From Squalus acanthias (taxonomy: Eukaryota), in contig CM059432.1 in the NCBI GenBank assembly GCA_030390025.1, positions 111,602,001-111,665,842 on the forward strand: a stretch of DNA of 63,842 nucleotides. Reading direction: 5' to 3'. Numbering within the stretch: position 1 is the first letter of the stretch; each line of letters begins with the position of its first letter. A program made the translations under genes and the position numbers. The notes under the pieces are model-generated. The model had not been told where the DNA came from, made no database searches, and worked only from the letters and a program-made list of their open reading frames with translations. This document shows positions 1 to 13,700 of this stretch, piece by piece.

Positions 1-1750
1 CTGCCACATCCAGTCGTGAATGGTGGTGGACCATTAAAGTCACTTAGTTGTAACTAATCGCTATGAAGCACAATAATAAGAATGAAACCGGACGGACCAC
101 CCGGCATCGACCTCGGCATCGGCTGCAGACACGGCAACGGCACACCCAGCCTACTCGACCCTGCAAAGTCCTCCTCACCAACATCTGGGGACTTGTGCAA
201 AATTAACGGGAGGAGGAGGCTCCAAGAATATCCCCATCCTCAATGATGGTGGAGCCCAGCCCGTGAGTGCAAAAGACAAGGCTGAAGCGTTTGCAACCAT
301 CTTCAGCCAGAAGTGCCGAGTGGATGATCCATATCGGCCTGCTCCCGAGGTCCCCACCATCACAGAAGCCAGTCTTCAGCCAATGCGATTCACTCCACGT
401 GATGTCAAGAAACGGCTGAGCGCACTGGATACAGCAAAGGCAATGGGCCCCGACAACATCCCAGCTATCGTGCTGAAGACTTGTGCTCCAGGACTAGCCA
501 TGCCTCTATCCAAGCTGTCCCAGTACAACTACAACACTGGCATCTATCCGACAATGTGGAAAACTGCCCAGGTATGTCCTGTCCACAAAAAGCAGGACAA
601 ATCCAACCCGGCCAATTACCGCCCCATCAGTCTACTCTCAATCATCAGCAAAGTAATGGAAGGTGTCGTCGACAGTGCTATCAAGTGGCACTTACGCACC
701 AATAACCTGCTCACTGATGCCCAGTCGGCTCCCGACCTCATTACAGCCTTGGTCCAAACATGAACAAAAGAGCTGAATTCCAGAGGTGAGGTGAGAGTGA
801 CTGCCCTTGACATTAAGACAGCATTTGACCGAGTCTGGCATCAAGGAGCCCTAGTAAAACTGAAGTCAATGGGAATCAGGGGGGAAACGCTCCACTGGTT
901 GGGGTCATATCGAGCACAAAGAAAGATGGTTGTGGTGGTTGAAGGTCAATCATCACAGCCCCAGGACATCGCTGCAGGAGTTCCTCAGGGCAGTGTCCTA
1001 GGCCCAACCATCTTCAGCTGCTTCATCTTCCCTCCAACATAAGGTCAGAAATGGGGATGTTCGCTGATGACTGCACAGTGTTCACCGCCATTCACAACTC
1101 CTCACATAATGAAGCAGCCCATGCCCGCATGCAAAAAGACCTGGATGACGTTCAGGCTTGGGCTGAGAAGTGGCAGGTAACATTCGCACCACAGAAGTGC
1201 CAGGCAATGACTATATCCAACCAGCGAGAGTCTAACCACCTCCCCTTGACATTCAACGGCATTACCATCACTGAATCCCCCACCATCCTCGGGGTCACCA
1301 TTGACCAGAAACTTAACTGGACCAGCCACATAAATAATGTGGCAACAAGAGCAGGTCAGAGGCTAGGTATTCTGCAGCGAGTGTCTCACCTCCTGACTCC
1401 CCAAAGCCTTTCCACCATCTACAAGGCACAAGTAAGGAGTGTGATGGAATACTCTCCACTAGCCTGGATGAGTGCAGCTCCAACAACACTCAAGAAGCTC
1501 GACACCATCCAGGACAAAGCAGCCCGCTTGATTGGCACCCCATCCACCACCTTAATCATTCACTCCCTCCACCACCGATGTACCGTGGCTACAGTGTGTA
1601 CCATCTACAAGATGCACTGCAGCAACTCGCCAAAGCTTCTTCGGCAGCACCTCCCAAACCCACGACCTCTTCCACCTAGAAGGACAAGGGCAGCAGGCGC
1701 ATGAGAACACCACCACCTCCAAGACGCCCACATCCCATAAATGAATTTTA
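1..1750 (+). mobile_element. CR1/L2-group non-LTR retrotransposon (family 1), ORF2 RT region to 3' end, disrupted
   Basis: ORFs 263-763, 791-1042 and 1051-1704 carry RT motifs (NYRPISLLS, AFDRVWH, GVPQGSVLGP, FADD) split by a stop and a frameshift; ends in GACGCCCACATCCCAT and an A-rich tail; begins before the window edge. Confidence 0.92.
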
Positions 1751-2937
1751 AAAAAAGTTCCCACATCCTCGGACCCATAGGGATCTAGTGTAAATTTGAA
1801 GGCCAGTACACTGAGTAAGAAATGACTTGCAGTCCCAGTCATGGGAGGCAGCCGAGACTCTGAAGACTTATAGTTATTTATTTCAATTTTGGCTAAAAAT
1901 AACCCGTTACAAAGGTGTTGCTCTTCAGTATTTCTGGAAGGGTGCCTTAACAGCCCCCACTCCGACCTGTCAGCAAGAGGCTAGATTTCCCTGCATCTTG
2001 GGGCAACCAGGCACTCAAGATGCGCTCATAGTGATGAGGGCGCCTGCTGGCCCATGTTAATTAGGTGCCTACCCAAACCTCACAGTCAGTGCTGGATGGC
2101 ACCAGTGGCCATGATCTCAAAGTAAGTGCCGCAAACATGGCCCCTGGGAGTTCAGGACCAATGTGTCTATATAGAATGTTGTTCGTCTAAAGGTCGGCCA
2201 GCCAGCCAGCATTCATAGATACACATATGAATGTGTGTTTAGCATGTATATTTGTCCATCACACTTGCACATGATTGGCTGAAATTTTGTATTGACAAAT
2301 CACAAGTGAACAGTTACAAAATGTGCCAATCGATATGTAGAAAATAGGAATGAAAACTACGAATCATAAAATTCAAAAAAATTGGAAATATGCAAGGATC
2401 AGAGAATGAACCAACGGTAAGGATCAAAACCAATGAAATTGGTATTATCTTGGTTTTGCCACAAGGCTGTGAACCTAGTACTGTATATAAATGTTTGTAA
2501 CATAACAAAGACATTAAAAAATTATGACATTTATAATAAATTATTAAACTTACCTACACAATAGTATTTTCTGTGCTTGAAATGCCTGTTAAAATGTTTT
2601 CCTTTGAAGCTCAGTGACTTCCTGAGAAGTCTATGAAATGAGTTAATAAGACTTTCCAAAGCCAAGAGTGTCAGCTGAAGAGACTCAATCACCATCCATC
2701 TGTGCCTCCAACTCCCAAAAATCTTCTGATGAGATCGAATGGTCATTCGCAAAGTGGGCTGGCACTTGCTGTTTGTAATCCCGGCCCCCCCTCCTTTGCT
2801 GTCAATCAATAGAAAAACTGCTCAGGACTAAAGCCTCCGGAGAAGCCATGATTATAAGCCCTTAAGTCCATTTTTAAGAACAGAAATAGCATAATGAACA
2901 ACATGAATTCTATTTGAGGTAACTTTCACAGGAGCAG

Positions 2938-3745
2938 AAATAAAAACAGAAAATGCTGGAAATGCTCAGCAGGTCAGGCAGCATCTGTGGAGAGAAAAAC
3001 AGAGTTAACGTTTCAGGTTGACGACCGTTCATCAGAACTGGAAAAAGTTAGAGATGTGACAGGTTTTAAGCAAGTGCAGAGGCAGGGAAAGTGGGGAGGG
3101 GAGGAAAGAACAAAAGGGAAGGTCTGTGATAGGGTGGAAGGCAGGAGAGATTCAATGACAAAAGGGATGATGGTGTAAGGCAATAGGAGATGGTAATGGG
3201 ACAAGTAAAGAAACAAAGGATGGGTCCAGATGAGGTGTAAATGGGAATGGCAGAATCATCAACAGCTGCCGTGGGGGCAGAGGTTATGATCTGAAATTGT
3301 TGAACTCGATGTTGAGTCCGGAGGGCTGTAAAGTGCCTAATCGAAAGATGAGGTGCTGTTCCTCGAGCTTACGTTGAGCTTCGTTGGAACAGTGTAAGAG
3401 GCCGAGGACGGAGAGGTCAGAGTGGGAGTGGAGCGGAGAATTAAAGTGACAGGCGACCGGAAGCTCAGGGTGAAGCTTACGGACTGAATGGAGGTGTTCC
3501 GCAAAGCGGTCACCCAATCTGCATTTGGTCTCCCCAATGTAGAGGAGACCGCATCGTGAGCAGCGAATACAATATACTAAATTGCAAGAAGTACAAGTAA
3601 ATCGCTTCACCTGGAAGGAGTGTTTGGGGCCCTGGACAATGGGAAGGGAGGAGGTAAAAGGGCAGGTGTTGCATCTCTTGCGCATGCACGGGAAGGTGCC
3701 GTGGGAAGGGGAGTGGGTGTTGGGGGTGATTGAGGGAGGAGCAGG
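2938..3745 (-). mobile_element. Penelope-like element, 3' part (GIY-YIG endonuclease plus pseudo-LTR)
   Basis: ORF 3284-3799 has CxxxRCxTC, NLVYCIRCSRCGLLYIGET, RFAEH, VACHF and GLN motifs typical of Penelope GIY-YIG domains; downstream pLTR-like sequence with a hammerhead core. Confidence 0.9.
3003..3040 (-). ncRNA. Minimal type I hammerhead ribozyme motif in the Penelope pLTR (stem II degenerate)
   Basis: Minus strand reads CAGTT-CTGATGA-ACGGTCGTCAACCT-GAAACGTT-AACTCT: conserved CUGAUGA and GAAA cores, palindromic ACGT stem III, AGTT/AACT stem I. Confidence 0.7.
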
Positions 3746-4263
3746 ATGTTTATTTAGGAAATATAGCACTATACTTGTCTGACACATAAAACTTTGCACT
3801 TTGAAATTTTAATCAATGTTTTATATATGCAGTTTGTAATCAATTCTAAATGTGGAGAGCTGCAACATACATGGGGATATAGAAATTGCGAGATGAAAAA
3901 AGGCCAAGATCCATCTAGTTCGCCTTCTACCATCCTGGTAGTCACATGACACAATGATAATGGAGCTGTTGACTAATTATGGCAATCAATCGCCATCAAT
4001 TAATCTGCAACAGACCCAGACACCACACGAGGAAACCCCCAGTGGTGGAGAGCTTTGGGAACCATAGGTCCCATGTCACCTGTTTGACCCAAACACACTG
4101 CACTCACCACGTCATGTCTCATATTACTCATACACTGTATCGCAAACTATTAGTTTCTCAAAGAAATCTATCTAATTTGCAATGAATGAATCAGCACTGT
4201 CTGCCTCCATTGTCTTGCTGGTGAGTCTGTTCCATAGATTGACCACTCGCTCACTGAAATAGT

Positions 4264-7000
4264 GGGCCAGAAATTGCTGAGAAAATAATAGCACATTAAC
4301 GGTGCTTGCCATTATTAATCCATAAAAAATCCATCAATTGGTGCTGTAAAAGTGATACGCCATGAGTTCCGATTCTCCGCAAATTGCTGGCCGTTTTGCT
4401 CCGCTGTTAGTCTCACCGAAGCCGATAAAAGAACCTTCTCACCATGAGGCTCCCCATTAAAGTTAATGTTGATCATGAAATACTGGATTTATGACATAAA
4501 TGCGAATTATTTTTGCCGCAGCAATTTAGAGGTGGTAATTCATGTCGTAGAGGACCCTGTTAAAGGTGTGATTTATGGTCCTCATATGACACTCAACCTG
4601 GGAGGCCCAGAAAGGGAACGGTGAAGCTGTGGATTGTCTCTCCAGTAGATAGTGAATTGTACCTAAGGGGTTTTTTATGCCTTAAATCTGTCTCAGGAAC
4701 CTCTTTGTGATATCCCTTTCTATCCACACTCCTGCTAGTGTTGGAAGGTGAAAATCGCCAGAACACAAAGCTGTTTTGACACTCAGAAGAGGGTGAAAAC
4801 AGTGAAATGGTGAATCAACTTGGTGTTGCACTGTTCCTGATAATGGGCAACCTGGAAGAGGAGCAGATGGAAGAGGTGCTCATTGGGTGAGGCATCATGG
4901 CTGGAGGCTGACCAGAACAAACTATTACCACCCCCCAACCCCCAGAGAGTCTTCAGGAAGAGAACATCCACTATTGGAGGAGCTCTGTGTGCAAAGGCTA
5001 TGTTTCACCTAGAAGGCAATCAGCCACCTCTGTGACATCCTAAAAAAGGACCTGCAGCCATGGTCTACCTCCCGTGAGGCCGTGTGAGTGGCCATGAAGG
5101 TGATCACAGCCATAAAGTTCTATGGTTCTACGGTTCCTTTCAAGCAGGACATCTGCAATGTTACCCAAGCCGTGCGAGGGTCTGCATTCAACTGGTCACA
5201 GATACCAAATTCCGCAAGGCATCCGAGTACATCAGCAAAGGGAGAGGTCCCTTCCCAAACTTCCCCAGAGTGCAAGGTGTCATCGATGGGATCCACGTGC
5301 TGCTGAAGGCACCACCTGATTTACCTGTGATATTCATAAATAGGAAACTGATGCTAGTCTGTGATGTCCAACTGTGCATCCTGCATGTTAATGCGGAGCA
5401 TCAGGAAAGTGCTCAATATGCCTTTGTTCTTTGTCACACAAACATCCATGACTGGTTCACCAGGGATGGACAAGGAGTTGGCTGGATTTTCAAGGACACT
5501 GAAGCCATGGCTGATGACACCTTTCCACATCACCAATAATGCAGCACAGGACGGGTACAACCGTGCACATGTGTGCACGTGCTGTGGTGGAGAAGATGCT
5601 AGGAAAGCTCAAATCACGCTTCTGGTGCATGGGCAGGTCAGGATGTTTTGCAGTTCTCGCCTAGCAAAGTGGCAAAGATTGTGGTGGTCTGTTGCGCACT
5701 ACACAATTTTGCCCTTCAAGAAAGGCTGACCCTTAACCTAGCAGACGACATGTCAGTGGACATGGAGGATCCCAACCCGGATGTTGCTGGGGCCATGGGT
5801 CGTAGCCCCCCGAGGAAGGTACGGCTACAGCAGATAGGGCAGCTAGACATCAGCTGGTGGCTCAGTCATTTGGACAATGATAGCCGCCAGATGTCTCCCC
5901 ACAAAGGACTCCACCAGCAAACTTGAGGTGGACCAGGAAGTTCTGAATGTGTCTGTTAAGTGTTTCTCATTGTGGCGCAAACAAAAGGACGGACGGGCAA
6001 GATTCAAAGTACAACAGTTTAAACAACAACATTCAACAAGTTAACGCAGATGAGAATGAGAAAGTGCATTCTAATCCAGGAGAATTGACAAATAAGTAGT
6101 GCATATCTTTAGGACTTTATTAACAATACCAAGTGCACATTCTACAGTGAATGTATACACATCACTGCCTGTGAACTGAGCAGCAGTGCTAACACTGGTT
6201 TGAGGTAGTCAATTTAAAAGTAGTGGTTCGTTTTAAAAGTAGTGCTAGATTTCTCCTTTGACAAAAGTTGTAAATGTGGATCAGTTCAAAAGGAGTTAAC
6301 TTTTTCAAAGTATTAAAAAGTTGCAAATAACTTCCCACAATTATTTAACAGCAGCAACAACAACATCAAGAGTAATAAATAACTCAACCCCAACAATAGA
6401 ACAACAGTAGCAACAAAGGCAAGAAGAAGAACAATAATAGCAACATGTGAGACTATTTACAAGAGTTGTACGGTTGTACCCTTGCAGGCATGCCTGAGGG
6501 TCAATGTGAGTGAGACTGAGCGGGAGGAGGTGGATTCTGTGCAGGGGGCACTATATTCCCTCCTCCGCCTCACCCCACCATGTGCACGAACCCTTGTGTC
6601 AAGGTCATGGCCTCTGCGCCTGGCCTGTCAGGGAGTTGGGAGCTGGGTTCCTGATGCTGCTCCGAGGAGACGTGGGGAGCAGGTGAGCTGCGACTACTGG
6701 CAGCTGCCTGCTGTGGAGGGACAGCTGTTGGCTGCATCACCAGAGGATCATCCTCAGCAGCTGGGTCCTGCAAAGCCTGCGCATCTGGCACTAAGCCTGG
6801 GGGTGGAAGGAAGTGACGCTGGGAACTGCTGCCTTCCTGGTCGTCAGCAGAATGTCCCTCATGACCCTGGACTGTCTCCGCAGCAGTTGGCGTTACAAGG
6901 GAGGAGATGGGCGCCAGCTGCAATACAGTTATACTTGCTGCAAACACAAGAGCTGGGCCTTTCCCACCATGCTTCGCCTTGTCACCCCTCCGGCTCGGAA
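4264..7000 (+). mobile_element. Degenerate PIF/Harbinger DNA transposon (family C); right end not defined
   Basis: Left TIR-like GGGCCAGAAATTGCTG at 4264; frameshifted transposase remnants about 4840-5900 (FPRVQGVIDGIHV, PWLMTPF, KIVVVCCALHN); a low-complexity minus-strand ORF at 6570-6947 may be a relic of the partner gene. Confidence 0.7.
4840..5900 (+). pseudogene. Harbinger transposase pseudogene
   Basis: HARBI1-type motifs spread over ORFs 5084-5539, 5361-5729 and 5648-5926 in different frames. Confidence 0.8.
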
Positions 7001-8640
7001 TAAAGGTCCTGAATTTAAATGTGTTTATTTAAACAGCGTCCTTTGGTATGTCTAAGTATTGTGCCAGAGACAGTTGGTAAAGATGTTAGTTTAATCTCTT
7101 CAGTATCTCTTGGTACTCACTGTAAAATCCTATACCCATTTGATGCTGTATTTAAGGTGCAGTTTTTCAACTGAATTGTAATTTGTAACGACTTACGCAC
7201 AAAACACGGTATTTTAGGAAGGACACACAGAAGAACTAAGATAAAATATTCATGTTTAAAACAGTTGGTTAAAACAGGAAGTTCTAACCTAGTTTGTGAG
7301 CTTTTGTTTATGTAATACAGTTCAGATAAATGGCAATATTTAATTGTAATAGTTGTGACCTTTTGTTTCTTGAGAAAATGTGTATTTTTTAATTAGTTTG
7401 TTGATTTGATATTCTAGCTGACTGATGAGCCTTGTTGAAGCCCCCTTTATGGCTGAATAAATATAGTTTTATGTAGTTTATCATACCCAGCTGACATTTG
7501 CGCCTAATTGTGAGTAAGATAGAGAGATATGAATTTGTGCACCATGCTATCAGCTAATATAAACATATACCAATATATAAAAAAAGATTTAGCAACTAAT
7601 GTAGCTTCTAATCCTTTTGTAAACGTAAATAGTTATGCTTATCTTAGAAGAATGCAACAGAAGGAAATCATTGCATTTATATGTCACTTTATCACATTAT
7701 CAAAATGTTGTAATTTTTGTCATGCAGGTAAATGTGACAGACTCTCTGCACTGGCAACATCCCACAAACAGTCCTGAGATGATTCACTGCTATTTTTGGT
7801 GGTGTTTTTTAAGGGATAAATGTTGGTCAGGACAGCAGGAAAATTCCCTGCTGTTCTTCAGATAGTGCCATAACAGGGAGACGTTGCCTCAGTTCAACAT
7901 TTCAACTGAAAGGCAGATGGAAGGATGACATTGGTACAAGTATAAGGTGGCAAAATTGCACTGGCAAACAGGTAAATCTTCCTAGAGTGGGAGTACGGTT
8001 TACCCAAGTTACAGTACACACGAGTGGGAATGGTACTGAGATGCATGTGAGAATCAAGTATGAATGGGCTGTCAGCTTTTATGTAGCATGTAAAGGAGGA
8101 GGTTTTTTTTGTGCCAATTGTCTTCCCTCCTTTCCTGAAAGCATTGATTCTATCTGGAATACAATTCCCTGGGTTAATTCCCCATCTTGTCCAAGTTGTC
8201 ATACTTCTGCTATGGTCCGAAATGGTTAGTACCAGGATGCTATTCAACAGAGGGGCATCGCAAGTGAGACCATTGCTGTCCTCACCCAACAGCCATACAT
8301 GCACTTTCCAGCATAGGTCATTGGGAACCATGGTGGATTTTTCCCTTTGAAAATCAGCTAACTCAGCAGAGACAAGGAATTTAACCTCGTAACTGCTTTG
8401 TTTAGCTCAGTTACACAATGTTTTCAGCAACACTTATTTGCCAAGTGTTTTCTGACAAGGTTATACTGAGACAAACATGATCCCTACAGTATCAAGAGGC
8501 ATACCAATTGGATTCTCTTCTAAAATCTCTGATTCCACATCGTGAGGCTCAACTGACACTTGGGCTTCACTGGGAAATGGGGGCATCAACTTGCCAGCCC
8601 TACTCAGGTCAGTTGGAGGAGGAAGGGAAATCTAGCTTTG

Positions 8641-9270
8641 TTTTTTATTCGTTCCTGGGATGTGGGCGTCGCTGGCAATGCCAGCATTTATTGCCCATCC
8701 CTAATTGCCCTTGAGAAGGTGGTGGTGAGCCACCTTCTTGAACCGCTGCAGTCCGTGTAGTTTAGGTACTCATCAGTGCTGTTAGGTAGGGAGTTCCAGG
8801 ATTTTGACCCAGCGACGATGAAGGAACGGCGATATACTTCCAAGTCAGGGTGGTGTGTGACTTGGAGAGGAACTTGGAGGTGGTGGTGTTCCCAAGCGCC
8901 TGCTGCCCTTGTCCTTCTAGGTGGTGGAGGTCGTGGGTTTGGGAGGTGCTGTTGAAGAATCCTTGGCGAGTTGCTGCAGTGCATCTTGTAGATGGTACAC
9001 ACTGCAGGCACGGTATGCCGTTGGTGGAGGGAGTGAATGTTTAAGGTGGTGGATGGGGTGCCAATCAAAAGGGCTGCTTTGTCCTGGATGGTGTCGAGCT
9101 TCTTGAGTGTTGTTGGAGCTGCACTCATCCAGGCAAGTGGAGAGTATTCCATCACACTCCTGACTTGTGCCTTGTAGATGGTGGAAAGGCTTTGGGGGGT
9201 CATGAGATGAGACCCTCGCTGCAGAATACCCAGCCTCTGACCTGCTCTTGTTGATACAGTATTTATATCA
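8641..9270 (-). mobile_element. Family 1 CR1/L2-group LINE, 5'-truncated 3' fragment
   Basis: ORF 8688-9203 nearly matches the C-terminus of ORF 1051-1704; same 3' tail. Confidence 0.9.
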
Positions 9271-9977
9271 CTGAAGAAGTCGGCATGGATGTTGAACAGT
9301 TAACAAATGGAAAAAGCGAACAGTGAAAATAGGAAATGATTGTAAAAATAAGATAAACAGTTGCTTCTGTTGCCTTTGTTAGTCATTGCTTTGAGATCTA
9401 TTGCCACTTATGGCAATGCTACATAAGCCAACATTTGCCAGCATGCATTATCCAGTTGAACAGTGTGTATTAGCTCGGTGCAATTTACGCAAAAATGGTT
9501 ATGATCAAATTTAGGTAACTGAAATATTACACACGCAATGTTATTGAGTGTGAACAAAACTGAATATGTTAAGCCCAGAGATTTGGCTGTTCACCACAGC
9601 TTTATATTAAAATTAGGTCTCTGCTGTTTTACAAATTATTTTCAATCTATTTCAGTTAGATTTTTTTAAGTATCAGTTTTGTGTGGTGAATTACATGTCT
9701 CCCATGTCTCTACATTTGATTACTTTTGAATACAGTGAATGCATTTCAGAAAGTGGCAGATGTGCCATAGAAATTAGCCGTCACCTTTATTTACAGCTTC
9801 CACATAACTGACTTTGTAGTGTGTTCCAACTAAATTTGTAAAGTGCGCAGTGCTCCATTTTCAATCTGCATGTTTTCCTTTTTAAACCCTGCTTTAAAAA
9901 AAGTCCATTCATTTTTTTATATTAGTCCGCACATCATACCATCAGCAAGGCCTCGATCGGTCTCTTTCTGAGACAGT

Positions 9978-10788
9978 GGGCCTGATATTTACGGGGAGGC
10001 GTGGAGGGAGTGGGGTAACAGGGGGAAATCCTGGCAAGGCTGGGGGTGTGGAGGCCCTGCCAAATTTAACGGCAGGATCTCATTATAATTTTTCTTCCAT
10101 TTCCCACCCGTCCGCCAGCCAAATTGACAGGCTGGCCATCGGCTGGGCGGGAAAACCAGTGCCAACCGAGGACCCTTGGGAACCCTTGGGGACGGTCCCC
10201 AGCAATCAGGAGGGAGGGGAACTACAGATCGGGGCTTGCTGGGGGGGTAAGAGAGAGGCAATAGGGAGGGAGCGAGAGATTAGGGCTTGGTGGGGTGGTA
10301 AAAGAGAGGCAATAGGGAGGGAGGGAGCGAGAGATTAGGGCTTGGTGGGGGATGGGAGGTCACCGATCGCGGCCTTTCTCTCCCCTGCCACGATCGGTAG
10401 AAGGGAGGCCGAAGGATTCCTTGAGAAGTGGAGGTGGTGGGGGGTGGTGGGGAAGCTCTCCTCCTCCTGGCCCACAAGGAGTGCTGTAAAAAGCACTTAC
10501 CTTCTGGAGCTGGCAACTCCCGCCTCCATTTCGTTGCCGGGTTTCCCGAGCCTTGGCAATCCCGGCTGTCAACTGTTAAAATTTAAATCAGGCTCCCAAT
10601 TGCACACCTCTCGATGGCAGAACACTCACACGGCATGCTACCGGCCACTGTAAAAGCGGTAATGAATGGGCATGTATGCGGTGGATTGGAGATGCGTGGT
10701 CCGTTTTTAAATTTCTAACCCTCCCCTCCCCGACCCTCTCCTACCTGCAGTTGAGGGTGTGGGGGTGTGGCGGTTAATATCAAGTCCC
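9978..10788. mobile_element. Non-autonomous TIR element (Harbinger-like MITE)
   Basis: Imperfect TIRs GGGCCTGATATT / AATATCAAGTCCC around a GC-rich non-coding interior in AT-rich flanks; short internal tandem duplication about 10230-10350; TSD ambiguous. Confidence 0.6.
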
Positions 10789-13700
10789 GTGTCTTTACCT
10801 GGAACTCTGTCCCTTTTACGTAGAAGTGTAAATACAGAATGAACCATTGTTTACTGAACCATGGTTACTCAACTGGAGCATTAATCAGGCAGTGGGGAAT
10901 TTGCTTGCTAATTGATGCACTAAACAGTTTTCCATCTTTCTGTGCTTCTGGCAACTGCAAGAGTCCTTTCATAAGATAACTGTCCTTGTTACAGTTGTAT
11001 CAACTACATCCAGTTATACCACTCAATACAGAAATGTTCGTATGGTGCCCACAGAGTAGATTTTTTGATTCTAATTTAAGATATAAATTGACTGAAATCA
11101 TTTGTTTTGATCTGAAGACATATTGGTGATAAAATCCCACAAGAAAAAAAACTATCAGGATTTGGGAGACATCCAGCTTCAATGGTATGACTCAACTTCA
11201 AATCTGGGATTATCTTTCTGGAGTTAGTAGAGAGAGGAACATGTGATGATTGTTCTGAGAATTCCATTTAGGATCAATAAAGAAGATTTCAGACAAGTTG
11301 ATCTACTAAACTGGAAACTATTGGAATCTTAAGGCAGCTTTAATGGATCGTAGGGATTTGGGCTACATAATTTACAGGCATGAACCTGCATCATATTATG
11401 AATGGTTCACTGTTTACGATGAATATTAAGAGTTTGCGAACCTTGGATTACAAAGGATCACTTGTGTACTGGTTAAATAAGTTATTCCCAGTATTTAATT
11501 GTAATGGTACAGCTTGTACATCATCATCATCTCATCACAGGTAATAAAGCCAATCTTAAAGTTTTGTTGCACAGACTTTCCAACTTTATCTTTTTTTTCC
11601 AATTACTCTACCAGACTACAGTTGACACAGCGGACTATGGGTACTGTAATTCCACTGGAGCAGGGTGAAAATCACACCTACAATGATGCATTTCTTTCTC
11701 AGTCTCTCTCACTCAGAGAATTTGTTAACGAAAACCAGAAATTCCCAGCAACTAAGATGAAGATAGAACTCTCACTTTGGGACTGCAGGAAAAAAGAAGT
11801 TGACCTGTGTGAGAGAACCTCCTAGCAGGCATTTCAAGCGTTTAATAATCCATTTTTTTTTCAGAAACATATAATTTTTATGTGTTATATTATAAATATT
11901 TTTACTTTTATATATTATTTCTAGTTGTATATATTGGTTTCTGTGGGAAAGGAAATGACAACCAAAAGCAGTTTAAAAAGGTTATTTGAATTGTTTTAAT
12001 TAGTTTGTAGCAGTTGATTCCTGATTGGTAGCTTCAGAAAAAAATTGAGCTATTTGATTGGTTGGAGTTGTGTGTGTTGTCCACTGGTTTGTGATTGAGA
12101 GCTTTTCCGACCAACCAAATCAACAAACTTAACAGAGAGTGATTGTGTGAACCAATCAGAGAGTGTGATACACACAATATAGTGTACCACGAGCTGCAAG
12201 ACTTTCAATGATATACGTATATCTATCCGTATGCTTAAACATGTTGTGCCTAGCACATGCCTGTAGCATTAAACCATTCAAAGACAACACACCTGTAAAT
12301 GGAGCCTTAGAAACATCGCACCTTAAAGCCTCACACATCAGTAGGGTAAAACAAGCATGACTACCTCAAATAACCATATGAGTTATCAATCAAATATATG
12401 ACTAAATACGAATGAAGCAAAAGTAACAAGGTGTACTACTGCGGAATGAGTATCCAGTTCCGCAGAAAATAAAAAATTAAATCCCTCAATTTTTTTTTCA
12501 AAACTACTATTCATAAACTAACATTGATCAGATAATTTTTTCACACTGTTTCCAGCCTTTTATCATTCAGGTCAAAGTATGCAGCTAGAAATAGCATTTG
12601 TAACATAACAAACACATGACAAGAATTATCACAGGCACGAGCACCCAGAAGTCACCGGCCATGAGCATCTCAAGGGTCCCAACATGAGGAACAGCAGCCT
12701 TCCACCAACTTTGCCGAGGCCACTTGAGGAACACCTGGTAGGAGTAGTAGAGTTAGGAAACCTTCTTCTATGGGTTTACACTTGGATGAGAAATGAGTTG
12801 AAGGCAATGTTGGGAAATATATTCATCACCTTAATCATATTTGGCACTTTGGTCTGCAGTGTGATTTTATAGCAGCATCTGAGTCTGTGTTGTCATTATA
12901 TTATTGATATAGATGTTAACTGCATGGTTTGAATGTTCTTTCATTTGGGATTTAGGGAATTATAAAGGATGAAACAAGGACTGTTAATGCAGAGGGGCTC
13001 TGTGTAAGTTTTCAGGGAAAGGGAATGAGCAGTAGCCAGAATGAACCCTGACCATGATTGACCTATTGAGGTACTGGCCATTGGATATTTTATAATAGGA
13101 AAAACATCCCTGGGCAGCACTATACCAACAACAGTTTCAGCTATATCTACAAATCCACTGCAAGGAAATTAGGGGAAGAAAACAGGCATTTTACAATTAT
13201 CATGTAAATAATTGAGAAAAAGGCACCACAATTTTGGGGAAGGAGTGGATAATAAACAAATAAAGTATTGTACCTGAAGTAAATACCTCAAATAATTTGG
13301 GGAATTTAGAGTAAAAAAATGTTTGTAATGGAAATAACTTTGATTAAGAAGTTTGAATAAACGAAGTTACTTATCTCATAAGTAAGGTTTGTAAAATAGT
13401 ATTACAAATATTATATGCCTGCGACTTTCATTCTGTACCAGTGCCATTTGCAATATTTTTATCACGTGTCAGTAAATTTTACTGTATTAAAATGATGGCA
13501 TGACCCCTGTCGCTATTAGGCGGCAGGAAGACAGCAGTGAGCATCAGTAACCTCACACCAGGTCCAACACCATGGCGGATCTATGAGCATTATATTTCAA
13601 TATTAACTTCTATATTGTGTTTACTGTAATTGCCATATTACATAAGTAAAAGGACATGAAGCATAATTCATGAGTTAAAACTGCAATAAATGTATTTTCA

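Noticed and set aside
11100..11490. Coding-like stretch suggestive of an endogenous viral relic
   Set aside because: Fragments such as TKLETIGI..L.WI and a DKV-like motif fit a very old CR1 RT remnant; many stops
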